Assembly: GCF_009914755.1 (NCBI RefSeq)
Contig: NC_060937.1
DNA: 64,000 bases
Strand: one strand, 5' to 3'
Source of the DNA: the human T2T-CHM13v2.0 reference genome, Homo sapiens
Each line of letters opens with the position of its first letter. Position 1 is the stretch's first letter. The notes beneath the pieces are model-generated. The model had not been told where the DNA came from, searched no databases, and saw only the letters and a list, made by a program, of their open reading frames with translations. The translations under genes were made by a program, and so were the position numbers. Positions 35,458 through 47,515 of this stretch are shown one piece after another.

Positions 35458-36744
35458 CTATAGCCCCTGCTAGCCAGCATTGATTTGCCAAAAGTAGGAC
35501 CTGTGGGTGCAGGATCCAGAGTAGCCATGGATGGATGAGGTGCGAAAGGGTCCTGAATGTTCCAGCAATGCTACCCAAATGGCAAGTGGTGTCGTGGCCT
35601 CTTTCACCTCCATACTCAGGGAGAAGCCACTCAGAGGCCTCCACATAACAGGCAGGCTCTCGCCTGGGTGTCGGAGGTGAGGATGCTACTGAAGCTTATT
35701 GCTTCTTAAGAATCAATCAAATCAAAACAATGGATGCCCTTCTCCCAAGTGGAAGGGCTGTGCTGGCCACCTTGTACGACTGACACAAAGTTGGGAAGAG
35801 TTGCAGTCATGAGCTGGGGAGACACACCCTAAAAGCAGATGAGCTGGTGGCGGTAAATAACACTCCCATGACGACAAGTGGGCTTTGCACGTGTGTGGTA
35901 GCAGGGCATGGCCCTGGGGGAGGTGGGGCTACCTGAGGAAAATCACAGGAGGCAGGAATGTATACTGTTTGTTGGGAAAAGACAAGCCAATCTGAAGGGC
36001 AAGGGTTTGTAGAGGGGAGTGGTGGAGAGTGAGGTTGGAAGGGTGTTTGGGTCCAGTTGTAGACAGCCTTGAATTCTAGGCAAAGACTTCAGATGTTGTT
36101 TTCTAAGCACTAGGAGCACCTGTGGATGTTTCAGAATGGGAGTATCATGATGGATGTACTATTTTTTAAAGAGCAGGAATAAGCAGCAGGCCACTGCTAA
36201 GGAATCTGTGTCATGAGGCTGTTAGCCTGGGGACAAGGAGGACCGGCCAAAAAAAAAAAAGTCCTGTATATAAGGGGGAGCACCCAGCACACTTAGGTTC
36301 CAGACCTCCATTCCTAGCAACTCACCTGTAACTCCTGGCAGGGGTCTCTGCCTCCCTCTACTCATCCAAAGATCATGGTGCTTGTTCACCAGCCTTATTA
36401 TGATCCAAAGAAATAGTGATCTTTCATGTTTAAATAAACCTACTTAATTACGTGCATCTGTTTGGAAATTCAGACACACCACATGAGAAGCTACTGGGAC
36501 TTTTTTCTCCTTTTCTTGGCTTCTCATTTGTTCTCTAGCTTTTTCTTTTTTTTTCATCCTGGCCAGTTATTAACCTTCTCCTCCACTTTTGAGTCTCATA
36601 ATTGTCCAGATCTCCCAGGACGCTGACAGTGTGGTTTTGGTTCACTTGTTCCTTCTCCTGCTCAAATTTCAATTGATTCAAGGGTGATATGCTGGGTATG
36701 ATGGGCTGGACATGCCCATTTTCATTCAACTCATCCATAACTAG

Positions 36745-37120
36745 GATATAAGTGAGGATACAGATTTGGGTGTTATGGCCAAAAGATCTTCAAATACAAT
36801 GACTTTATCAAGGATAATTTCTTCCCCCCTCACTTGAAACATGGTTAGGTGGTGCAGGGCTGATAACGATGGCTCAGTGAGGTCTCAGGCTCCTTTAGCT
36901 ATGGTTCTGCCAACCTCAGCACATGGCACACATCTTCCCCAAGGCGGCTGCTTGGTTTGCTCCCACCACGTGGGGTAGGGGGACACATGCCTTCCTTTAT
37001 GGGGACACTATATTTCTGCTCACCCTGACCACATCCCATCAATCAGAACTTTGACCCATGAATACACTCAGATGCAGGAGAGGCTGGGAAATGTTTTCCT
37101 TAGCTGGGCATCCATGGACC
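36745..37120 (-). mobile_element. MaLR LTR (MLT1J-like)
   Basis: atttctgctcac...cagaact...gatgcaggagaggctgggaaatg, typical of MLT1J. Confidence 0.65.
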
Positions 37121-37597
37121 TCTCCCTGGGTCCATCCTAGAGAGTGGAGTAGCAGCATTTGCACCCCAGACCTGAGGGGTAGCTGAGGCTGGGCTGGCAG
37201 TGGGGAGTGAGGCCAGGAGCTTGGATGTGCAGGCTGGCATGTCCCACACATATGGGGCAAAGAGGAGGGGCTGGCTGGGACTCGTGTCCTCCTCCGTACC
37301 CTCATCCCAAGCCCCAGTGCGGTAGGGTGGGCTGCTCCAACCCAAATCTTCTTCTCCCAAGTCTTCTCTTTCCCACCATATTATGCTGCTTCCATTTCAC
37401 CATAGTTTCACTCACTATCAAGGTCTCCAAAGCAATCCCATCATCTACATATTACTTGATTGTTGTGTACAGGGTATTGGGTGAAAATGAAGGTGGGCAG
37501 AGCACATAGCCTCCAACCTCAAAGCCAGTAATGTGCCAGATGAAAGGTAAGTCACAGTCTTTAGATTCAGTAGCATTTTAACAAAACTAAAATGTCA

Positions 37598-38314
<717 letters not shown>

Positions 38315-39154
38315 TGACTCATGGAATGAAGACAGCTCAGCAACCTCTAGTTGCTGGGACAGAAATGCAAGTCAGTGGGCTCTGGCCTTTCTCCCAGGCT
38401 GTGTTGCCACCTTGGTGGCTGGAGGGGCGCTACTAGGGGGTGTGCTTGGCAGAGCCTGGGGTGGCGTCCTCTTTCATCCCACTAAATAACACATTGGTGG
38501 CTTGATCTGCCATGAAGCTGACAATCAGAGCAAGTATTTGAAGCCTGGGAAGCTGTGTGGGCCTTGCTTGTGGGACCTGGTGTCAGCTGATGACGTGGCC
38601 CTGTCTGGGTGCCCGTGAGTCAGATGGCAGGGATGGCCTGACATCATGAACACTAGCTCCACCTACGTCACATTGGACTTGACTCTTTACAGAGCACCTA
38701 GGAAGAGATATTGATGAGTGAACCATTGCCCAGTCATCGAGTTAATTATTTCCCCCCAGAAAGGTTAACATACTGAGGACAGAGAGGGCATGTGTAGGCG
38801 GCAGGGCGCACTTTTCATTTAGTCTGGTTCGCAGGTGCGGTCAAGACGATTCCTTATTGTCTTGGAGCCAGCCCTTTTAAGCCTTCCTGCACAGCTCTGT
38901 GACAGTCTCGCGGGGAGACCTGTGAGGCCACTTTCCTTTTTTCCAGACCCACCCCCACCTTTGAGATTATCACTCTTCCTGCTTTGTTTTCTGAGGCTTT
39001 TTGGCTTTTTAGTTTATTTGTAATTAGAGCAGAAAAGGTACAGTAATCGGATAGAAGGGTTGGGAGTGATAGAATGAGCCAGGATGCGGTGGAGAAATGG
39101 GGTGGAGAACCCCCAGACCTTAGGGTGGCGTGTTTGTCAGGGAGTAGACCAGGG

Positions 39155-39186
39155 TGCAGTTCTAGGCAGACCACTAGATGGCACTC
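39155..39186 (+). promoter_or_regulatory. CTCF binding motif with upstream (U) module
   Basis: CCACTAGATGGCAC at 39171-39184 fits CCASYAGRKGGCRS; TGCAGTTCT at 39155-39163. Confidence 0.75.
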
Positions 39187-40729
39187 ACACATTGGTGTTC
39201 AGTCGGGTCCACGGCACTTTCCACTTTGGGCTTCTGTAAAATCTCCCCATGAACTAGCCAAAGCTTTGTATCTGTCATCCCGCCATTTGTCCCTCTAACC
39301 TCTCTTGATCGTCTACAGATAGGTATATATATATGTTCCTCTCTAGTTCATTTTTCTCTTAACATTTAGTGACCTTAAAAACCTGGCAGAAATACCTTCA
39401 AAGCCTCCCACCTTGTTAGCTGCATTGCCGCATTTTTACTGTTCTCCTAAGCCAATGTTTACATGGCAGTAAATCCATGTTTAGAGTAGGTAATAGAGAA
39501 ACCTGTTTCTCTCTCAGTCACTCTGAGGGTATGTTTGATAAAGAAATGGAAATTGAGAGGATGAGTTATTAAAAGGATTAATAGGTAACAAATTTTTTTA
39601 AAATTTCCATTCAAAATTATGGGTTGGTAAATTGTAAGATACTTAAAATTAATGAGTTGTTTTATCAAATCATTTTCTGTTGTTAGAGAATTTTCAGCAA
39701 GCTGAGATTCAAATGCAAAATGTCTTATTGCATACTGCTGGCTCTAGGAAGGAGGAGGGACAGACAGGAAATCATGGTTGATGTTATCTTTACCAAGGTG
39801 CATGTGGTGTGAAAGCAAAACCCCATCTTAAATTCATCATCCGTTCTGATGTTGCACAGAAATGAAAATTAATTTCTATATGTCAACTAAAATGGATTCT
39901 GCTCCTGCCTGGTTCAATTCTGTCTTAGCTGCGTGGACATCTTGGGGAGCTGCTCTGATGGTACATGCAGACGTGCTTCATCTGTGCACTTCTTAGCTGA
40001 GATAACAGTGCTCCGAGCCCCACTGTTAAGGTTAACCTGTATACTGCAGAAGGACAACAGATGGAAATTCTGGTTTGCAGCCACTGCAGAAAAATAAAAA
40101 CATGTTCCAAAGGGAAAAGGATCTTGTATTTCTGCGTTTGAACCTTTGATCCGCATTCACATCTGAAGGGAGGGCTAAACCTTTTGGTGGAGACACATGG
40201 CTTTGCATCTGTGAAAACACAGCTGTATAGAGCAAAACAAAACTAGTGGAAAATACAATGGTTTTGCTGTGTCAGGCTCACCGCTAATGCTTGAATTCTA
40301 TATAAATATTGTCTTTTGATAGTTCTTTCAAAAATCTTTCTTGACTTTCCATATAATTGTCCAATAATGTTATTCTTTTAAATTCAGATTTGGGGCTTTT
40401 TAGGATTAAGGCACAAATGTCTCTTTTCTTTTAAAAAGGCAGTAAAATAAACAGATTGTAGTTAGATCATAATAACATCTAAATTTTGACCTAATTAGAG
40501 GGGGAGATGGGGAAAAAATTAAACTCTTTAAAAGAAGATTAAGGTAAAGTTCTAACTTTATCCTTGATTCTGAATTTTTTTTCTTTTTTGGAAATATTGC
40601 ATACATTTTATACTGCAAGTTACAATGTGAAGGGCCTTTGAAGCACTCTAAAGAGACTTAGCTGCTTTGTTTTGAGCAATTAAGGTTTGTTATTGAGTGA
40701 ATTAAGCAGCTCTGCTGTGGCTCATCTGT

Positions 40730-41580
40730 AAATCGTGGTCTTCAGCGAGTTTCTTGATCCGCTTTTCCCAGGAACAGAAGCCAAGTCGGCTTCCTTAGGA
40801 GCTGCTCGCCCTGAGTCTCCATGTTTCCTCGCAGTCCGGCGCAGAACCCAAGCCCGTGCCTTCCTCGCCCTGCCTTCGGAGTTTCCTGCTATTGACCTGG
40901 CGGGGCGCGCCAGCCCTCCCTGCCCGCTGGTGCCGCGGTCCCTCTCGGCTGCAGCAGTGGGGCACAGGGACGTCATGGACAAAAGACGAGGATGCCAGTT
41001 CGATGTGCGAGCAGAAGGCCGCCTGCGTGCGCTCTGCAGAGCAACCGGCCCGGTTTCATAAGGGGCCGCCGGCAGGGGACTGCCATGGCGCCCCCTCCTA
41101 CCCTTTTTGGCACCAGCAGCTTCATCCGCAGGCCCACTCGGGGTGAATAGTGTGGGAGCTCTCAAGAGAAAGAATTTTAGGTTTGTCGATAGTAATCACC
41201 ACCTTCAGCGCTCCTCCCACTGCTGGAGAGACCGCGGACTGGGTGACAAGTCTTCCAGGCTCCCAGAAAGTTTCTGCTGCAAAGCGCAGGGTCCGCCTCC
41301 CACTTCCAGGAGGGACCAGGAGGGAACCATCGCGAAACCCCGAGGCTGCCGGGGACTCTGACTGAGGCCTTTCCTCCTGTGTCCCTCTCCCCCACGCCGG
41401 CCTCCCCTCCTTTCAACTCTCTGCGCTTTGAAACCGCGGAGTTGGGGTAGCTAGGCCCTCCAGCCCGGCGACAGGCCTCGGCCACAGGCAGCGGGGCGGG
41501 GTGTGGACAGGAACAAGGAGGTGGGGTGGGGAGGAAGCCTCGGGCAGAGCAGGTTCTCTGCGGAGTTTCGGCAGCCGGGT
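40730..41580. promoter_or_regulatory. CpG island (candidate promoter or poised enhancer)
   Basis: GC-rich, CpG-dense, non-repeat stretch against a CpG-depleted background; GC box gcggggcggggtgtgg at ~41491-41506. Confidence 0.85.
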
Positions 41581-42080
41581 TTATCCATTTTGATTAAAGA
41601 AAAGTAAAAAAAAATCCCCCAAAACCAAACAACAAAAACCCTCTCCCAACCCCCAACCCGCCTCCACAGCTGCATTTTGTTCCTGGGACTGTTGGTGTCA
41701 CCAGAGCCTCTTTTTTTATGCAATCCTAGACTCCATTGCAAAGGACTTGTAAAGCCTATTAATTTTTCAGGCAAAACAGATCAAGCCTGCCTTTGATGCT
41801 GCTGTTTCCTAATTTAGTATTCAAAGGTAAAGAATCCTACTACCGTCTCTTCACTTTTTACATAATTAAAAGAGATTTTTCCCCCAGGGGCAAAGAACTA
41901 GTTGCTTAGTATTTTTTGAAGTGAAAGGTCTAACTTTATATCACATCTGTTTTTATGCTCTTTCCTAAACATAACCAATATTTACTCTTTGCTGGTACTT
42001 AGTTGCATGCTATTCACCCTTGCATTTTAATTTCTGACAGAGAGGGGATTAGTATTCCTCTTCTAAATCATCCTCTAAGC

Positions 42081-42134
42081 TATGTGTGTGTGTGTGTATA
42101 TATATATATGTATATATATGCGTGTGTGTGTGTA
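42081..42134. repeat. Compound (TG)n(TA)n(TG)n microsatellite
   Basis: Uninterrupted purine-pyrimidine alternation. Confidence 0.95.
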
Positions 42135-45100
42135 TTTCTCCTCTAACAAACTGAGAGTGCAATTTAAAAAACTGTAGAATCAGTGATTGCCCTAACTTGT
42201 GCATGACTCTTGATTTCACACAGGAGCATTCAAAAGTTCCGTTAAGTGGGCTTTCACAGGTTTCCATCTGCTGTGTTTAATAGCAAATTGCGACCCTTCA
42301 AACCACTTCAAGGCCTTTTGTGTTCTTATCTGTGCATTTCAATACTTGCTGGGGAAGTGCCTTCAGTTTCACTACATATGCAAAAAGCCAGGCTTGAATT
42401 TTTTGACACCCCCTTTTCATTTGTTGGTGGAGTCCTGTTTTCTATTGTTTGCTTGTTGATGTTGGCAAAAGTCATTTATTTAATGATGCCAGGAATACTA
42501 TGCCCTATTCTTTATTGGCAGGAAATCCTAAAACATCCGGGAGTAGTTTAAAAATTAATGCATGCCGTTGAAACTTACATATTGGCATAGTTTTATTTTC
42601 CCATCATAAGGTAGATGATATTTTAAAGGTATTATATAGTAATAGTCACCAGAAGCCAATTAAAACCACTAGGATTCTATCAAAAACCTGTTTGGCGGCA
42701 TAAATAATTGATATGTGGAAATAAAGCAGCATTCTCTGGGCAGGGGCCTCCTGTACAGACCTGGGTGGCGTTAGCAGTCTCTCTTCTGTGAACCAGGGGG
42801 CGATTTCTGGGCATAATATCACCTGGATTTAAAAAACTTAATAATAAGGCCACACACGCATTTTTAAAAAAACTTCCCTTGCCTGTGGAGACAGAGAGGA
42901 GATAGCGATGTTATTTTCAGGTGTTTGAGCTTCTTAGAGAAAAAGAAACAAATACCAGACTCCTTAGGAGCTAGGTGCGAATGGAATAAATTGAGGCACT
43001 CCAGCGACACATCCAGCTTGTTTTAAATGATGTGATTAAAAAGGACATCTGAGAACAAATTTATGAAGTTGTTATGGCAACTGAAATACTTGGATTGAAA
43101 TGTGTGTATCTAAAACATGAAAGATTGCAGGAAGCCGGAGAAACAAGCAAAGCATTGTGTTTGGGAAAGGCAATTGAACAGTGGTAGCCAAATATTATTC
43201 CTCCGTCGGTCATCCTTCAGGGTAACTGCCTCGGTTTCCACTTTTAAAAACGTGTGGTGATTGATGCTTTCATGGACTCTGTTGCCCCAAGTCCCCAAGC
43301 CTTGTACCAGCGTTTGCTCATTGGTCCTTTGACCTGTTGAGAACACAATCTCTGTATTGTGTTCAATGCAGGGATGCATTTAGAGTTGCCCCTGCATCTA
43401 CCCATTAAGTTTATACTCCTGTGTTCTCATATTAACGTCTGTGTTTGCGAATAGTCTCTCTAGTCTTTGATTCACTAACTCCCCCAATTCTAACCCACCA
43501 ATGGCCACCAACAAACAGCCACACTCAAAGGACTCAACATATTTAAATATTCCCTAGAATTCTTTGCTCTGTTCTAAAAGCTATGTATTCCGTCTACATA
43601 ATTTGATTCTATTGTAATTTCTCATGGTTTTAAAATTTTCCTTACCAGTACTTGTAAGAGTATTGAATAATTGTTTCTTTCAATCACAGGCAAGGATATT
43701 TAAAATTAACATGTGGAAATGTGTGTTGCAGTGTGTTGAAAAATCAGTACTTGAAGTCACATCTAGAATGCTTCCGATTTTTTCCATCATTAGATTTCAG
43801 ATGCAGTGTCCAAAAAAATTGTTTTTAAAAAATGTTGCTACAAATTTCTTGCAATATATTTTGGGTTTTTCACTTTAAATGAAAAAATAGTTAAGTGTCA
43901 ATTTTAGTGATTTTAGTAGACCATCCCATTAAAAATATGCTATTTTAATTGAAAAAAATTTTTGACAAAACACATTTACACCGAAAAATTCAAACAAAAT
44001 AATTTCTTCTTTAACAATATTGATTGTTAAATGTTGATTACCAAGTTATTTGGTCTCCTTAATTTTAAGCATAATACTCTTTACTTTGAATAGTCTTAAT
44101 CCCTAAAGCAAAGCAAAGTAAAAGAGAAAAAAAAGTAGAAGAATTTCCAGAAAATTGTAATTCCCTTAAACCATGAATTAGAACTTTTTACTCTTACTGT
44201 AGTTACTCTAGTTTTTTTAGTTAGACATGAGGGTACAATCAAACAGCTTCTTTTTTGTAACAGATTGTTTTCCTACTTCTTGAAAAACTGAGATCAAAAC
44301 ATTTTTCTATTCTGTTGCAAAATTAACTGTTGTTATTCTGTCAGACGAGTTATTCACTCTAAATGTCTTTTTAAACCTGTATATTTATTTTTTTATCCCT
44401 TTTTGCATATGCACATGGAAGTGATTCCATTTTAATATAACTTTTTTATTTTGAAAACCCATAGGTTGAAGATGATATAATCAGAGTAATAATAAGGATG
44501 CTCCAAGTATATTAAACATAAGAATTTGGGGTCTTTGTTACGGAAATAGATTTCCTTTTTCCTTTCTTTAGTCTTACTGTTTTAAGGATTTTTTTTAAAG
44601 TATGATTTTGATGCTTCCAAAGTGGTTGCTATTTTATTTCAGGTGGGTCATTTGATAGTTTGTTGATGTTTTCAAGGTCTCTAAACAAAGTCTGATGTGT
44701 TAACAGTCTTATTAACGATGTTAAAATAGAATTAACAGCTTGTGGATGCCTCCAGAGCACAATAGCCTGTCAGCCTCCCCTGCCCCCTTATAAATTGTGC
44801 CCCTGCTGTCATCCCTTTGTTTCAGGCCCAATCAGCAAACTAAACTTTTGTGAAGAGAGAAGGCAGTTCAAGTGTTTCTGCCGCAGCTGAAGGGAGGAGC
44901 TAATGTGGAATTTATTGGGAGACCAATCAGTGCTGGAGGGAAGAATGACCCCAAATTGGAAGAAGGACTTTGTTGACCCCCTTGGCTCCCTGACCTTTCC
45001 TTGCTATTTTGTCCCTTTAAAGAGGTTTACTTTGGTTGTCGTTTACTTTGTGATGCTTTTAGTAAAAGCCCCAGAAGTTTTAAAAGTTTTGGATTTAAGA

Positions 45101-47404
45101 TCCCTCTCAGCACAGATTTAATTGTGCCGTGTGATTTTGAGTAACTTGAGTAGATGTTAACACTCAGAATTATTTTTTAAAAATCTGACACAAGCTATTA
45201 ATAATTTTTTAAAGGAGTAGAATTTCATTGATTCTCTTGAGCCAAAATAGATTCTAAATCTCTTCTAGTATCTCTTTCCTGTAGTTACTTTCATAGAGAA
45301 TCAGATTAGTTACTGATGTTAGACTATTGGTTCTATTTCGTTGAATTTATGCTTTAAAAAATAGATTTGTGTATTCCAAATCTTTAAAACTTTTTTTTTT
45401 TTTTTTTTTGGTCAGGCAGTAATTATAGTGAGTCAGAAACAAATATTTTTAGAGGAACCCTTTTTTTTTATTAGTATTACTAGTAACAAATTTGACAAAT
45501 TGTCACATTTTAAAGTACAGATTTATGGGATAGCCTGACAAATGGATACCACTTTTCCTTTGCTACTGTCCAATTTAATAATTTATAAAGTGTGGCATAT
45601 TTGTAAAATAGTTACCCATTCTCACTGAGCATTACACCAGTTTTGGTAAGGGATACTGAGACATTGTTAAGAATTAAGTATTTTTTAGATTGCTTGAGCA
45701 CTTTCCTTGTTCCCTTATCAGCATTCTTCTCCCTTGTAATGTGGTTTGTTGCTTATATTTACTTTGCAACCGGCCACTGTTCAAGGACTTCAGACAGTGC
45801 TGAGGTCCGAGATGGTCACTGCTGGTCCAAAGAACAAACATCTCAGGCTAGATGCAGGACACTAAATATGTTCTTCAAGCCAAGGTTAAATAAAATTACT
45901 CAAATGTAGCCAAATACGGGGAATGAGATGCAGTTAATGAATTGTGGCTTTGAAATATGATCATTTGCCAAGGAATATGCTGTGATGAAAACGGAGCAGT
46001 GTAAACTCAGCACTTCTCTTAGCTCGTAGTGAGCTGCTCAGGTAAACCCCGAGGGGAATACTTTCTTCTACTGAATAAACCCTAAAGATAGGCATCCATT
46101 GATTGAACAGTGTCTGAAACTGGAGCAAACAGGGCGCCGTTTGATACTAGCCCCATGTGTGGGTATAAATAATGTTTTCCAGTTGGCATCCTTGAGTTGT
46201 GCTGCTTGAATAGGGCCACTTTACGTGGCTGAAGAAGAATGTCTCTGCAGTAGTTCTCCCTGAGCAGTAACTGCTTGGTACCTTTCACCCACAGCACCCA
46301 TTGCTGCCCATCCCCATCCCATGTCTAGTGTGCCCTCACATTCCACTGCTGGTCAGCAGAACCATCTTATCAGAAAGTGTCACCAAGCCCTTTTTTGGTG
46401 TGCCCGCTGAATGAGCACTCCAGGCTGTGGAGTTCGGGACATGCCTTGGTTTGTGGGGACCATGCTGCCTGCCTGTCGAGACCAAGCATCGATACTGTGT
46501 GTCTACCTGATGAAAGTGTCCAGTATGTGTCTGCATGACTTGGGGACACTAAGAAAACCAAAGGGATTAGCAACAAAGAGAGCTTGTCACCTTTGTGCGG
46601 AAGCCAGCTGGCATCTCACAGGGACAACCTACAACCTGAGCTGCTGCGTCCTCACTAAATCTGGGCCCCTAGGGACCCCGTTTTACTCCTGCTCTCCTGG
46701 AGCTTATTACGGGCCTGGCTACCAAAGGGAAAGAGGGGAAAATAGACCAGGAGCCTTATGCTAGAACCATTTATTTTGTTTCACGTGATGCAGACAGAGA
46801 TAAAACTGCAAATTTAATGAAACTTTAACAATCAGTACAATGTTTCTCCTTAAGAACTTTGTAAATAGCATTTATCTTTCAAGAGTTCTTTCTCTCTTTT
46901 TGTGATTATTTTATAAACTTAAAGGAAAAAGAGAAAAAGTCAGTGGTTCCAGCATTTGCTTTAGTCTGTGACTTAAATGGATTATAACTCTTGACCGCTG
47001 ACATTTACCAAGATAAATCAGTGGTCATAGATGTGGAGCTTGATGTCTCTTCGGCTCTGGGACCAATCCCCTTGGACAAAAGTTTTCCTGTGTTCTTAGT
47101 ATTCTGAACTGGCTACAGCAACTTTTAGGAAAATAAAGGTTACAAAAAAAGTTCTGACAATTTGTTTGCTTTTACATTTTCAAATTTGTGAAATGTAGAG
47201 ATAATTTTGTTTTCAAATCTTTGTAATTCCCTGAAGCAAATACTTTCAAGCCAGTTGCAAAATGCTGCTTTAGAAATAATTCATATAAACATGCTTCTCT
47301 ATTTAATCACAAGGGGAGATGTGGAGAATGGATGTTTTATTTTTTCAGTAGTTTTTGCTCTATAAAAATATTAAATTGCTATTATGATTACTAAAGATAC
47401 CTTT

Positions 47405-47515
47405 GCGTAGTACTTTATAATTTCCATGTACTTTTATAAACACTATTACATATAATCTTTGAATGAGTTCTGCAGGAAGATATTATTGTCCTGGTTTTGT
47501 AGGTGAAGAAACAAT
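47405..47515 (-). mobile_element. MIR fragment
   Basis: atattattgtcctggttttgtaggtgaagaaac resembles the antisense MIR core. Confidence 0.5.

Noticed and set aside
40722-41485. Several 70-147 aa ORFs on both strands of the CpG island
   Set aside because: GC-rich DNA is depleted of stop codons; the peptides are Arg/Ala/Pro/Gly-biased with no recognisable domain.
42788-42804. CTCF-like gaaccagggggcga (and a similar weak match near 38430)
   Set aside because: Mismatches at the conserved 5' CC positions; too weak to call without ChIP data.
46500-46640. TGATGA...CTGA as a possible C/D box snoRNA
   Set aside because: The C box is preceded by C rather than a purine, and there is no evident terminal stem or rRNA-antisense element.
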